A DNA stretch of 64,000 bases from Candidatus Bathyarchaeota archaeon (GTDB taxonomy: Archaea; Thermoproteota; Bathyarchaeia; Bathyarchaeales; Bathycorpusculaceae): assembly GCA_963826715.1 (NCBI GenBank), contig CAWGYA010000008.1, forward strand, positions 1,088,001 to 1,152,000, given 5' to 3'. A program made the translations under genes and the position numbers. Each line of letters opens with the position of its first letter. The first letter of the stretch is position 1. The notes beneath the pieces were generated by a model that saw only the letters and a program-made list of their open reading frames with translations, was not told the DNA's origin and made no database searches. Of this stretch, positions 19,346 through 30,561 are shown piece after piece.

Positions 19346-20447
19346 GATTGCCGAAAAGAAACAAGAAGTCTTGTCTGGGCTCAAGACGCTTGGAACACAA
19401 ATCTACAATCAACTCGACGAAGGAGTATACCCAACTATCAACATGCCAAGCCGCAGCACAGAAAATATTACATACGATCCTGATTTACGTCAATATATCC
19501 TCGGCGAGAAAGTTGTTGGCAGAAGTGCTCGGAATATCCGACATATCAAACCCTTCACCCAACTAACTTGGGTTGCAATGTTTAGCAACGAACTTACTAG
19601 TCAACGCAAAACCTCAACTCTCAGAGATGTCTATTACTCCGCGCAAGCTTATGAGATGACCTTCTCTGATCAGCAGGAATCAAATAATATCATAACCGAC
19701 TTAGAAACTCTTACAGGTTTTGCGCGTGAAGATTTTAACATTTTTCCAGAGGAACGTAGTGCCATATTCGGTGATCTCGAAATCGGTTACACAGTTCCTG
19801 GATATGAAGGTAAAACAGTGAATTTAACAAGTCATCCCGATGGTGTGCTTATAGGGCCTGCGGTGACTTCTTCAGAGTTCATAAAAACCAGCGCCGACAA
19901 AGTCATAGCTATCGAGAAAGGCGCCCTTTTTACAAGATTCATTGAAGAAAGTGTTCACAGCAAACATAAATCGTTATTGATCTCCTGTGGAGGTCAAGCG
20001 CCAAGACAAACCCGGAGTTTCATTCGTAGACTTCATGACGAACTCAATCTACCCGTTTACATTCTTACCGACGGGGATCCATGGGGGATGCATATTGCTC
20101 AAGTCATTATCTCCGGTTCAGCTAACGCCGCTCATTTGAGGCAATTAAACACACCTGATGCAGTTTGGAGCGGTGTTTGGGCAAGCGACATTATCGAATA
20201 CAAATTGCCAACTGACCCTCTAGATGAAGTTGACATCAAACGTCTCTATGAATTGCAGAAAGACCCAAGATACCAAAACGACCCCGTTTGGCAACGCGAA
20301 ATTAAGACTTTCCTCAAGATTAGACGGAAAACGGAACTTGAAGCCTTCAGCAGATATGGTCTAACCTATATCGTTGACGAATATTTGCCTACAAAGCTGG
20401 ATCAGAAGCCCAAAGAGAACCCACACAAAACGGGCAAGAAAAACTAA
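19326..20447 (+). CDS. top6A: DNA topoisomerase VI subunit A
   Basis: TLRDVYY (catalytic Tyr), AIEK, TDGDPWG TOPRIM, ELEAF. Start at ATG 19326. Confidence 0.97.
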   Translation: MAQKKTKIAEKKQEVLSGLKTLGTQIYNQLDEGVYPTINMPSRSTENITYDPDLRQYILGEKVVGRSARNIRHIKPFTQLTWVAMFSNELTSQRKTSTLRDVYYSAQAYEMTFSDQQESNNIITDLETLTGFAREDFNIFPEERSAIFGDLEIGYTVPGYEGKTVNLTSHPDGVLIGPAVTSSEFIKTSADKVIAIEKGALFTRFIEESVHSKHKSLLISCGGQAPRQTRSFIRRLHDELNLPVYILTDGDPWGMHIAQVIISGSANAAHLRQLNTPDAVWSGVWASDIIEYKLPTDPLDEVDIKRLYELQKDPRYQNDPVWQREIKTFLKIRRKTELEAFSRYGLTYIVDEYLPTKLDQKPKENPHKTGKKN

Positions 20448-20847
20448 GATGTAAAAAGATTTTGTAAGATAGCATAGTTCGCCCTTTCCTGCCAAAAATA
20501 TTCTTGCTTTTTAAAGTTGAGCTGACTTACTTATTTTTGTTAAAATACCAAAGTTTTTTTTGTCCATTTTTCATTATTACTCACAATTATCCTACAAGTT
20601 TATAGCGAAAAAGAAACTCGCCATTCTTGTGAACTCAACCTAATTATCGTGGGTAGAAAAGAAAACCACCTCTTCCCCGGATTCTTCTTGAAAAGACAAA
20701 ATTAATTGATATTACTTTTTTTAACCCCAAAAATAGATGAGATAGTGGGTTGAAGTAAATTATCGCCAAGAAATTTTTATTTATCGTTATTTTTATGGAT
20801 AAATCTTATAAAGAGAAACAATACATACGTTTTAATCAGGTAAAACT

Positions 20848-21147
20848 ATGCTTAAATCAAAGCATAAACGACGAGACCAAATCACAATTATCGCAACCAT
20901 ACTCTGGATCGCAAAAGAAGGGATACTTAAAACACAAATCATGTATGGTGCAAACCTTAGTTTTACACAACTTAACTATTACATCCCTTTATTGCTAAAC
21001 CACAGCTTACTCACGCAAGCAGATGTTGAAGGTAAAGAAGGCTACATCACAACCGTTAAAGGCATAGGTTTTGTTCAGAGACACCAAGCTCTCTTGCAGA
21101 TGATATCTCCTAATTTGGGTATTCGAAAAACTAAAACGCTACCTTGA
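20848..21147 (+). CDS. Winged helix-turn-helix regulator (HTH_45-like)
   Basis: RRDQITII..IL....KTQIMYGANLS...L..Y...T.KG. Confidence 0.8.
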   Translation: MLKSKHKRRDQITIIATILWIAKEGILKTQIMYGANLSFTQLNYYIPLLLNHSLLTQADVEGKEGYITTVKGIGFVQRHQALLQMISPNLGIRKTKTLP

Positions 21148-21605
21148 ATTAGCACTTTCAAGTCGAACTGCAACCCAGAAAAGCTTTTGATCGTGTAGTC
21201 AGGAAGTAACTTCTCTAACGAGTTCTCGTTGCGTCGCCATTGAATCACACGTAGTACCCAAAGCTTTTGGCTTTCAATGTCAGCTTTTATGGTGTCACCG
21301 ACAAAAAGGGTTCTGCCGCTGAAACTTTTAGAATTACGAATGGGCGTTGGAGATTCTGGACTGGGGGCGCGTCCCTTTTCAGACATAAAAACGCATTCAG
21401 TTATGGCGAAATTAGAGATGCCGCTCGGTTTGTTTTTGTATGCGCCTTCAAGGGGTTATCACCTTTTCTATTAAAGGAGATGATAAAATTCTTGATCTTC
21501 TCAAAAGCATTATTTATCGAATATTTCAATCAAAACGGCTTTAATAATAAGTAAATAGCAAAAGTAAACTTGACTCAGGCGATAAATACTACTTTTCTTA
21601 GAAAT

Positions 21606-24500
21606 TTATTTATCCCAGTATTCTCTGGTGCGTAGAAACTGAATCTTCGCGTTGAGCAAATCCATGTAGAACTTGTCTTCTTCGGGGTGCATCTTGCCTA
21701 AGATGCGCGATGCCGTCTCTGCCCCGACGCCCTTCACTTGCAACGCACGCACCGCCTGCTTGCCGTAGCTCAGGGTGAGGTCGGCTTTGCGGCGGGCTAC
21801 ACTGAGCTCCTTGAGTTCTTCAGGCAAAAGTTCTTTGCCCCCACGTCTCCGAGCCAGGGCATCCCGCAGCTGATTTGTGTCCTGTGAGCGGTACAGAGGC
21901 GCTAGTAGCCCCGACCCGCAGTTGCCGCATACGGGTTCCTCGGGGAGGGCTTTGATTTTTTGGCGGATTATCCATTCGCCGCATTTCATGCATATTAACG
22001 TAACTTCCCGAGCGTCTATAGCCATTTTAAGTTGGTCAATGTTGCCGACAAGGACCAGTTCAGGCGCCATAAGCTCGGTTACGTCGCCGAATTTGGCTAA
22101 GATGTGGTAGGCGAGCGGTGTGGGTTTCTCGTAGCTAACGTATGTTGTGACTTTGATTTTGCCTGTCTTTACATCGCCCATTATATGCTTCGCCTTTTCC
22201 AAATCGACTTTCTCCATCATGGCTTCGCGGATTGTTTCTTGATATATGGGGGTGTTGTTGAAGCGCGATTTAAGTTCCGCTTGCCGCTGGTAACTCATGG
22301 TTTTGCCCCTTGGCAACACGCCGAAGCGCTCCGCCACAAACTTCATTTTGTAGCCGAAGGGAAACTTGGCATCTAAATACCGCCCAAACGCATCATCCAC
22401 GGCTTCGTCGCTTAAGCCAAAGAGGGTCTGGGGCAACTCGGCGAGTTCCAGCTTGTTGAGTTTGCGGGGTGCCTCGATGAGGATGCGGTAGCCGTCGGTC
22501 CACCAGCCGTTGATGACTTCGCGTTCCGAGAGGACGCTGTCAAAGATGCCGCCGAGCGTTTTGTTGACGAGTTCACCGAAGCATGCGTGAACGATGATGT
22601 AGCGGTCGTAGGCTTCCAGCACGATATGGTTCTGGGTTGGCAGCGGCGCGCCCTGTTTGATCTGATCCTCCACCTCCGAAATCGCCGCCGACATACTGGC
22701 TTTGTCTGAGCCCAACTCCTTAGCTAAAACCTCCGCGGCAACCGTGGCGTCCCCTGTTTCCTTTAGGGCTTCGGCGATTCGCTGGCGGTTCTGCCCCATC
22801 TGCTGTGCGAGGGCGTAGGGCACAGGCAAAATCTCGCCGTCCCAACCTGGAACCGACGCCATCGGATTCTCGGAGGGCACAACATGCACAGTTCCAGCTT
22901 CCTCCTCAATCTGCACGATGCGCCACACCTTTCCCCGCATGATAAAGTTCAAGCCAACCCGTGCGTGCAGCGCCATGAATTCGTCGCCTAACGTGCCGAT
23001 TTTGCGGTCGGATATCACGTTGATAACTGGATAGCGGCGCTCGTCGGGTATCATGGATAGGTTTTCGTAGTAGTAGGGGCGTGTTTTTCGGGTTTTATTC
23101 AAAGCTGTTTCGTCTTCGCTGAGTCTTATTTGGTTGAGGCTGTCTAAAAAGCGTAGCAGGTCCAAAAGCTGCGTTTTCTGGATTTTGCGATAGAGGTAGC
23201 TGCGGTGGATTAGTCGCGTCAAATCCTTCACCAAAAGCGTTTGCTGACTGTCCATGAGTAAGCCCGCAATCTGATGCGCCAAAACATCCAGCGCCCCCAC
23301 ATGCATGGCGACGGGTTCGATGCATCCCGCCTGGGCATTTTTAATTGCCGCTAAAGCCTCCAAGGTATCGTCGGGGTAAACAGTGATTACTGTGCCTTCA
23401 GATTGCCGTCCCTGTCTGTGTCCGCTTCTGCCCACTCGCTGAATCAGGCTGCTGACCTGCCGCGGCGACATATACTGCAGCACTAAATCTACTTGCCCCA
23501 CATCAATGCCTAACTCAAGGGTGCTGGTGCAGATGATGGCTTTCAGCTGCCCCTCTTTGAAGGCGTCTTCGATGGCGATCCGTTCCTCCTTGGAGATGGA
23601 ACCATGATGCACCGCGATGTCATCTCGTCCAAGCTGCGCCAGCTTATACCCCAATACTTCGGCGACGGTGCGGCTGTTAACAAAAATCAGCGTGGAGCGG
23701 TGGTTATCGACGAGCTCGATTATTCGACGAATTCTTGAAGCGGCGTCAGGCGAAATTTCTAGTTTGCCAGCTAATTCATAATCTGCTTCGAGGACTTGGG
23801 GCTGCTCGACGCTGTAGCGGTAACTCTTCTCTGCGGAGGCATGCAAAATGGTGACTTCTCGGTGGCTTCCAGAGAGATACTTGGCGATTTCTTCGGGGTT
23901 GCCGACGGTGGCGGATAAGCCGATTCTCTGAAAATCTTTCGCGGTAATCAGCCGGAGCCGCTCCAGCCCGAGGGATAGCTGAACGCCTCGTTTGCTGCCA
24001 GCCAAACCATGCACCTCATCAACAACAACGAACTCGACGTTTCGGAGGTGGCGACGCATCTGCGAGCCGGGCAAGATAGCTTGGAGGGTTTCAGGGGTGG
24101 TTACGAGGAGTTGAGGTGGTGTTTTTGCTTGTTTGCGGCGGATTTTCATTTCAGTATCGCCATGACGCACGTCTACAGTTAAGTCGAGTTTTTCGCTCCA
24201 ATACTTAAGGCGTTTTAGCATATCGCGATTTAGTGCACGAAGCGGCGTGATATAGATGACTTCGATACCACCTTGTGGTGGGTTGGGGTTTTCTAATAAT
24301 CTCGAGAAAATTGGAAACATCACCGCCTCAGTTTTGCCTGTACCAGTTGGTGCAATCAGCAATACGTTTTTGCCTCCCAGGATCGGTGCAAAAGCCAATG
24401 TTTGGGGTAGCGTGGGCACTGTGAAACCGAATTCGGCTAGAGCTGATTGGACGGGTTTGGCGAGAAGTAAAAAGGCGGAAGAGGCATTTAGGATCGACAT
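21606..24500 (-). CDS. lhr: Lhr-family DEAD/H-box helicase
   Basis: APTGTGKT, PLRALNRD, DEVH, LSAT, HHGS, TLELGID, QRVGRSGH, C-terminal CxxC...CxxC. Confidence 0.92.
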   Translation of the reverse strand: MSILNASSAFLLLAKPVQSALAEFGFTVPTLPQTLAFAPILGGKNVLLIAPTGTGKTEAVMFPIFSRLLENPNPPQGGIEVIYITPLRALNRDMLKRLKYWSEKLDLTVDVRHGDTEMKIRRKQAKTPPQLLVTTPETLQAILPGSQMRRHLRNVEFVVVDEVHGLAGSKRGVQLSLGLERLRLITAKDFQRIGLSATVGNPEEIAKYLSGSHREVTILHASAEKSYRYSVEQPQVLEADYELAGKLEISPDAASRIRRIIELVDNHRSTLIFVNSRTVAEVLGYKLAQLGRDDIAVHHGSISKEERIAIEDAFKEGQLKAIICTSTLELGIDVGQVDLVLQYMSPRQVSSLIQRVGRSGHRQGRQSEGTVITVYPDDTLEALAAIKNAQAGCIEPVAMHVGALDVLAHQIAGLLMDSQQTLLVKDLTRLIHRSYLYRKIQKTQLLDLLRFLDSLNQIRLSEDETALNKTRKTRPYYYENLSMIPDERRYPVINVISDRKIGTLGDEFMALHARVGLNFIMRGKVWRIVQIEEEAGTVHVVPSENPMASVPGWDGEILPVPYALAQQMGQNRQRIAEALKETGDATVAAEVLAKELGSDKASMSAAISEVEDQIKQGAPLPTQNHIVLEAYDRYIIVHACFGELVNKTLGGIFDSVLSEREVINGWWTDGYRILIEAPRKLNKLELAELPQTLFGLSDEAVDDAFGRYLDAKFPFGYKMKFVAERFGVLPRGKTMSYQRQAELKSRFNNTPIYQETIREAMMEKVDLEKAKHIMGDVKTGKIKVTTYVSYEKPTPLAYHILAKFGDVTELMAPELVLVGNIDQLKMAIDAREVTLICMKCGEWIIRQKIKALPEEPVCGNCGSGLLAPLYRSQDTNQLRDALARRRGGKELLPEELKELSVARRKADLTLSYGKQAVRALQVKGVGAETASRILGKMHPEEDKFYMDLLNAKIQFLRTREYWDK

Positions 24501-24811
24501 TTCTACTTAACTATGTTTAGAAAGCGTGTTTTAACTCTTTGGCAGAAAATAGTCTAAATGCACTAACGAAGGAAAAGACAATTTGTTAGCTCAATAGAAT
24601 AAACTTTCCAGGAGAATTCTGTCAATATAGACCTTGTAGGAAAGTCGTTAAACTAGAACCTCAAAAATACTTGGAAATAGCAGAAAATCCTGATTCATTT
24701 TTCAATAGGAAAACTGTTCAAAAGGTGCCCTTACATCTCTTTTTTCTGGATAAAGTTTTTATGCGCGTTTGAAACTCTACACTTCCCCGTACAGTTAAAG
24801 GATGATTCAAG

Positions 24812-25588
24812 ATGGCCCTACAAAAAGGAGATTTCATACTAATCGATTATTTAGCGAAAGTTAAAGAAACAAACGAAGTTTTCGACACAACAAAAGATGA
24901 AGTCGCCAAAAAAGAACACCTTCACAAAGAAGGAGAAATCTATGAGCCAAAACTCGTCGTAGTAGGCGAAGGCTGGGTTTTGAAAGCACTTGATGAATCA
25001 ATACTTACTGCGGAAGTTGGTAAAGCTGAAAACGTTGAAATCCCCGCAGACAAAGCATTCGGTCCACGCGACCCAGAAAAAATCCGCCGTGTATCGATAA
25101 AACAGCTTCTTTCCAAACAAATTAATCCAGTCGTCGGTGCACGCATCGAATTCCAAGGAAAGATGGCAACAATCCGCTCTATCGGTGCGGGCAGAGTTCT
25201 CTTGGACTTTAACCCTGCATTGGCGGGAAGAACTCTCATATATGACGTAACTGTCACCAAAAAAATTGAAGCGCAAACCGAAAAAATTGGCGCTTTAATT
25301 CACCGCAGAGTTCCAGTTGTTGAAGAAGATAAATTCAAGATTAGCTTGAACGCTAAAAACTTAACAATTGACATGCCTGAAGAAACTTTCTATGTGGAAG
25401 GCATCCAAATAGCTAAACGCGGCATAGCCATGGATATCCAAAAATTCCTCCCTGACCTCGTTGAGACCAAGTTCGTAGAAACCTTCAAAGCTGAACCTAA
25501 ACCAGAAATTGCAACAGCGCCAGTTGAGGAAAAAAAGGAAGAACAGAAACCAGCTGAAGTTGAACCTGCTGAAGAAGTAAAAGAGTAA
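24812..25588 (+). CDS. slyD: Long archaeal FKBP-type peptidyl-prolyl isomerase (SlyD-like)
   Basis: VFDTT, AFG.RD, DFNPALAG..L and acidic tail. Confidence 0.88.
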   Translation: MALQKGDFILIDYLAKVKETNEVFDTTKDEVAKKEHLHKEGEIYEPKLVVVGEGWVLKALDESILTAEVGKAENVEIPADKAFGPRDPEKIRRVSIKQLLSKQINPVVGARIEFQGKMATIRSIGAGRVLLDFNPALAGRTLIYDVTVTKKIEAQTEKIGALIHRRVPVVEEDKFKISLNAKNLTIDMPEETFYVEGIQIAKRGIAMDIQKFLPDLVETKFVETFKAEPKPEIATAPVEEKKEEQKPAEVEPAEEVKE

Positions 25589-25711
25589 TAGCGTTATTCA
25601 TTTTCTTATAATTTTCTTTTTCAAAAAAGTTAAATCTTCAATATTCATATTATTTTAGTATCTCTTAGGTTAATCGCAAGGTTAAGGTAAATCTAGAGGT
25701 GAAACCGAAAG

Positions 25712-26095
25712 TTGGACCACACAATTATCCATTTTGAAATTCCAGCAAACGACGTAGAGAAACTCAAAAGCTTCTACGAGCAGCTTTTCGGTTGGAAGAT
25801 CCTTCAGGCAGATGGACCCATAGAATACTGGATCATCCAAACCGTGCCAACAGACGAAAAAGGTATGCTTCAGAGTCCAGGAGTAAACGGCGGAATGTAC
25901 AAGAGGATAGTCCCTGAAAGTAAATCTATAAACTATATTTCAGTTGAGTCTATAGGTGACTTTCTCGAGAAAATAGTTAAACTAGGTGGCAAAATTATAC
26001 AGGCAAAACAAGAGGTTCCGGAAGTTGGCTGGATTGCTGCAGCGGAAGATCCCGAAGGCAACCAATTCGCACTGCTTCAACCTATGCGCACTTAA
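25712..26095 (+). CDS. VOC / glyoxalase family protein
   Basis: HFEIPA.D.....FY..LFGW and EDPEGN.F. Confidence 0.88.
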   Translation: MDHTIIHFEIPANDVEKLKSFYEQLFGWKILQADGPIEYWIIQTVPTDEKGMLQSPGVNGGMYKRIVPESKSINYISVESIGDFLEKIVKLGGKIIQAKQEVPEVGWIAAAEDPEGNQFALLQPMRT

Positions 26096-27150
26096 CTAAT
26101 TATTCCGGTTGCTCTTGCAACAGTTTCACACGCATCAAAATTCAAGTTCAGCTTATGCAGAATCGTATATCTCTCCGGTCTGATTGCTGTAGCCATTTGC
26201 AATGCCTTAACAACATCTTCGTCTTTTACACCTAACTCTTGGGCGGTGGTTGGTGCGCCTATCTGCTTAAGAGTGCTTTTGATTTTCTGCCAGTTTGAAC
26301 CATGCAGAAAAGAAGTCAAAATTGAGCCTACGCCACACTGCTCACCATGCAGGGCATGGCGAGAATTCACCAAATCCAATGCGTGGCTAAACAGGTGCTC
26401 AGAACCACTGCAGGGACGACTGCTGCCTGCAATGCTCATGGCGACACCGCAGCTAATCAACGCCTCTAAAAGCACACGTAACCCCTCATCTTGTTTTTTC
26501 ACAATTAAATTTGCGCTCTCAGTTACAAGCTTTGCACTCATCAATGCAAGACTCGCTGCATAGCCCCCATAATATTCTCCTTTTTCTGAGCGCGCAAGCT
26601 TCCAATCCTTAACAGCTGTGAATTTGCTGATTACATCGCTACACCCACTGACAACAAAGCGCCAAGGTGACTGCGCGATAATTTGTGTATCTGCAATTAT
26701 CGCCATAGGCGCCTGTGCCATAATCGAATAGGGTTTATCAGAGCCCTTGATTGAAGCGAGAGGGCTAGCTATGCCGTCATGGCTCACGGTGGTTGGGATA
26801 CTAATGAAGGGAATATTGACGCTAGCGGAGCTGAGTTTGGCGGCATCAATTATTGTTCCGCCACCGACGCCGAAGAGCACCCTTGGTTTTTGCTCTTTAA
26901 GTTGGCGTTCAACGATTATCAAGTCATCAACTGTCATAGATTTAACTAAAATAAAATCTGCAGTTAATCCCGACTCCTCAAGAAAGTCTGAAACGGTTTT
27001 TCCCGCAATTTTGTAGCACTGATCATCTGAAAGCACTAATGCTTTGCCCTTTAGTCCAAGACGTCCAACGACTTCGGGGATGCGCTGTAGGGTATCTTTT
27101 CCAACTATGACTTCCCTAGGTAACTGCATATAATGGTAATTTACTGTCAA
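26092..27150 (-). CDS. egsA: sn-glycerol-1-phosphate dehydrogenase
   Basis: GVGGG.IID.AK, PTT.SHDGIASP, SRPCSGSEH, HGEQCG, RPERYTIL. Confidence 0.95.
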   Translation of the reverse strand: MTVNYHYMQLPREVIVGKDTLQRIPEVVGRLGLKGKALVLSDDQCYKIAGKTVSDFLEESGLTADFILVKSMTVDDLIIVERQLKEQKPRVLFGVGGGTIIDAAKLSSASVNIPFISIPTTVSHDGIASPLASIKGSDKPYSIMAQAPMAIIADTQIIAQSPWRFVVSGCSDVISKFTAVKDWKLARSEKGEYYGGYAASLALMSAKLVTESANLIVKKQDEGLRVLLEALISCGVAMSIAGSSRPCSGSEHLFSHALDLVNSRHALHGEQCGVGSILTSFLHGSNWQKIKSTLKQIGAPTTAQELGVKDEDVVKALQMATAIRPERYTILHKLNLNFDACETVARATGIIS

Positions 27151-27506
27151 ATCGTACCACTGTTGTGTTAGAACACCTATTTGGTAAGCTACGTTTTAAA
27201 ATGTTTGGGCATTTGTATTTCAATAAACTCGTGTGGAAAAGATATAATGATAAAAAGTAGTATCAAAGCAGCACAAATGAATCCTCAGACCCAAAGCTGA
27301 ATTAGAAATTGACCTTTTCAAATAGAGACGAGAGCCTAAAGGTTCTTCCCTAATAAGGGCTTGCTAAAATTCTTTAGACATATTGGGTTTGCGATTTTTA
27401 TCATTAATCAAAGAAATTTAGATTATAATCCTCAATTTTTGGTCTCTGAGTAATGTTATGCTTATATTGACCGATTGCAGTACTCCTTTTTAAGGAGACA
27501 GAAAAT

Positions 27507-27782
27507 ATGCCCGCTATTGAAGTCGGCAGAATATGCATCAAACAAGCAGGACGAGAATGTTGCGGTAAATGCGTTATCGTAGACGTAACCGATAAAAGCT
27601 TCGTGCTAGTGACTGGTCCCGAAAAGATCACCGGCGTCAAACGCAGGCGCGTCAATATCAACCACTTAATGCCTCTAAATGACAAAATCGAAGTGAAAAG
27701 AGGAGCGTCCGACGACGAAGTTGCCCAAGCTCTTGAAGCTGAAGGCAAACTCGAAGAGATGACTACTGACAGCTGTTGCTAA
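27507..27782 (+). CDS. rpl14e: 50S ribosomal protein L14e
   Basis: MPAIEVGRIC.K.AGRE, FVLVTGP...TGVKRRRVNI.HL. Confidence 0.95.
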   Translation: MPAIEVGRICIKQAGRECCGKCVIVDVTDKSFVLVTGPEKITGVKRRRVNINHLMPLNDKIEVKRGASDDEVAQALEAEGKLEEMTTDSCC

Positions 27783-27843
27783 ATTTTTAACCTTTAATAC
27801 CATGTATTTCTTTTTCTTCATCTGTTAGGAGATAACATAAAGT

Positions 27844-28872
27844 ATGCCCCGAACTATTCCGCCATGGGAAACCAAACGAGAACTACAAACCAAAGCCGAA
27901 GATTCCACTGACCCAAAATACGGTTGCGCCCCCTCAGAACGATCTCCCAACCAATACATTAGATTCGGTACAATAAATCTTGACAAACCAGCAGGGCCGA
28001 CAAGCCACGAGGTAGCAGCGTGGACCAAGAAAATCCTCAAAATTGATGCTATTGGACACGGCGGCACACTTGACCCAAAAGTCACTGGAGTTTTACCCAT
28101 AACGTTAGAAGAAGCTACCAAAATGGTTCAGGCGCTGCTTTATAGCGGTAAAGAATACATATGTGTCCTAAAACTTCATGGCGACGTAGACGAGCCAAGT
28201 ATAAAACACGTGCTAAATCTATTTGAGGACGAAATTTATCAGCGACCACCGCTGAGGTCATCAGTGAAACGTCAACTTCGTACTCGACGCATTTACTACA
28301 TAGACTATATTGAACGTGATGGACGTAATGTTCTTTTCAAAGTTGGCTGCGAGGGCGGTACCTATATTCGCAAACTCTGTTTTGATATTGGAGAAATCCT
28401 TGGTGTTGGTGGTCATATGCAAGAGCTTCGCCGTACCCGCGCGGGACCTTTTCTTGAAACCAGCGTTAAATGCGTAACGCTCCACGACGTGGCTTACTGG
28501 TTTGGCGAGTTTGAACGCACTAAAGACCAAGGTTACCTCTGCAAATTCATCGAGCCAATGGAAACTGCCCTTATGGGGCTACCAAAAATTGTTGTACGTG
28601 ATTCAGCTGTGGACGCTCTCTGCCACGGCGCAAACTTAACAGTGCCTGGAGTTTTGCAAGTGGATAGCGGTATCGTAAAAAGCAATATCGTAGCCATTTT
28701 CACCTTGAAAGGCGAAGCGGTGGCGCTTGGTCGTGCCCAGCTTTCTACACAAGAGATACTAGATTTGCGGCACGGCACTGTGGCCACTTTGGCAAGAGTT
28801 CTAATGCCCCGTAATATTTACCCAAAAGCATGGAAAAGCGGTAGCGGCGGCGCCGATGAAAGAGAAAAATAA
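27844..28872 (+). CDS. cbf5: H/ACA RNA-guided pseudouridine synthase Cbf5
   Basis: DKPAGPTSHEV, GHGGTLDPKVTG, YQRPP, GTYIR and PUA domain. Confidence 0.95.
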   Translation: MPRTIPPWETKRELQTKAEDSTDPKYGCAPSERSPNQYIRFGTINLDKPAGPTSHEVAAWTKKILKIDAIGHGGTLDPKVTGVLPITLEEATKMVQALLYSGKEYICVLKLHGDVDEPSIKHVLNLFEDEIYQRPPLRSSVKRQLRTRRIYYIDYIERDGRNVLFKVGCEGGTYIRKLCFDIGEILGVGGHMQELRRTRAGPFLETSVKCVTLHDVAYWFGEFERTKDQGYLCKFIEPMETALMGLPKIVVRDSAVDALCHGANLTVPGVLQVDSGIVKSNIVAIFTLKGEAVALGRAQLSTQEILDLRHGTVATLARVLMPRNIYPKAWKSGSGGADEREK

Positions 28873-29479
28873 GTCCGTTGATCACTATTTTTCTAATTTG
28901 CCTAAATGCGATGACCGCTTCGGCATTATCCGCACAAAATTACGGGGCCGTAGCTTTGAGTTTTTATCTTCCTCGAGTGTATTTTCCAAAAAAAAGGTGG
29001 ATTTGGGTACGCGGGTCCTCATTGAATCCATGGCCCTGCCAAATGAGGGATGTGTTCTGGATCTTGGTTGTGGCTACGGTGCAGTTGGTATTGCGGCAGC
29101 AACCTCAAATTCCAAGTTGCAAATAGTTATGACTGATGTGAATATGCGTGCAATCCGATTGGCGCGGCAGAATGTGAAAGCTAATAAAATCCAAAATGCT
29201 CAGGTCCGCTACGGTTACCTCTATGATTCCGTGAAAAATATGTGCTTCAACTGTATCCTATCCAACCCTCCAGTGAGTGCTGGCATGGACATCGTCAAAG
29301 CAATCATCGCAGGTGCTCCCGCTGTTCTTGCGGCAGAAGGCACATTCCAAATGGTTATTCGCAGTAAAATTGGTGCCAAAACCTTGCCTGAAGCTTTTTT
29401 TGAAGCTTTCGGTAACTGTGCGGTTTTAGCTCGGGAAAGCGGCTATCGTGTTCTTTTGGGCAAATTAAACGTTAAGTAG
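28856..29479 (+). CDS. Class I SAM-dependent methyltransferase (RsmC/MTS-like)
   Basis: VFS...VD.GT, LDLGCGYG, SNPP. Confidence 0.85.
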   Translation: MKEKNKSVDHYFSNLPKCDDRFGIIRTKLRGRSFEFLSSSSVFSKKKVDLGTRVLIESMALPNEGCVLDLGCGYGAVGIAAATSNSKLQIVMTDVNMRAIRLARQNVKANKIQNAQVRYGYLYDSVKNMCFNCILSNPPVSAGMDIVKAIIAGAPAVLAAEGTFQMVIRSKIGAKTLPEAFFEAFGNCAVLARESGYRVLLGKLNVK

Positions 29480-30284
29480 CAGATATCGTTGATTGCCGAA
29501 AATTTTTCAATTATGTCGTTAGCCAGTGTTTATTTCTCAAAGCGATTATATCGCGTTTTATATGCAATCGCACACCAGACGGGACTCAATGGTGCTAGTT
29601 TTGAACAAAATTAAGCATAACAATCGGCATAACCAAACGCTGCCTAAATTTGTTAAAACTTTAGTTTAAGCAGTTTGCAATAATCCTAACGAACTCATCC
29701 CTCAGCGTTATATGGGTATAGTACACGACCTGAAGTTTTGCCTCGGAATGAAATCGCCTTAAAACTGAGTATTACTTCAAACAATATCATAGATATTCCA
29801 ATTTCTATACATTCTTGCCTTCGAAAATCAGCTTATATTGCTAAACCAGATAGTGGCATTGTTGAGGTTCAGATAATGGAACAAGAAGAATCGGATGAGT
29901 GCTGTGAAATCGGTGTTAAGAGTTCCTGTGTAAATTGTGATTACAACAGTTTTTGTAATGGCAAATGGATTCACCACGAACTTTTTTAGATATTTTTAGT
30001 CTTAGGATATTGAACACAGAAAAGTAAAGCGTTGCAAAGCAGAAACGGCGCTATCAACTGTGCAGGGCAAAACTTGTTTGCTAAGCTGAATCCATACAAA
30101 ACAAGCCTGATCGGAGCTTCAAATTTATCGAATGTAGTACCTTCAAAATTCTTTTGAGACCCACCCATTTCGCGCTCATAAAAGGTAACCCTGAAGCATC
30201 TCATACCTATGCTTCCTCATAGGTGACCACAAAATACTTTAGAAGACCACGCTATACTGAAAAAGTATCTATGGCAGTGATATC

Positions 30285-30536
30285 ATGGTGAAACTAAACA
30301 AAATCGATGAAAAAGTTGTCGCGGTCCTCCAAGCTGAAGGCGGAAAAGAGCTAATGCTTCAAGAAATAGTCGACCAAACTGGGGAATCCTCAAAGAAAAT
30401 TTTCCGTTCACTGAGAAAACTTTTCGAGAATGAGCTTGTTTCAACTCAAGCACGCAAATACAAGCTAACTATACTGGATTCAAAACAAATTAAAGCAAAA
30501 CTTGCGGCGAAACCTGACCACGAAGAATCCGATTAG
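30285..30536 (+). CDS. Small winged-helix protein
   Basis: L.EIVDQTGE....IFRSLRKL.E..LV helix-turn-helix pattern. Confidence 0.6.
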   Translation: MVKLNKIDEKVVAVLQAEGGKELMLQEIVDQTGESSKKIFRSLRKLFENELVSTQARKYKLTILDSKQIKAKLAAKPDHEESD

Positions 30537-30561
30537 GTAGGTCACAAAAATTTTTAAGAGA

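Noticed and set aside
21075-21554. Overlapping 103-, 95- and 65-aa ORFs between the HTH gene and lhr
   Set aside because: No recognisable motifs, mutually overlapping; cannot support any.
29986-30224. 72-aa ORF preceded by hairpin ACCTATG/CATAGGT
   Set aside because: No protein motif; hairpin alone is not enough.
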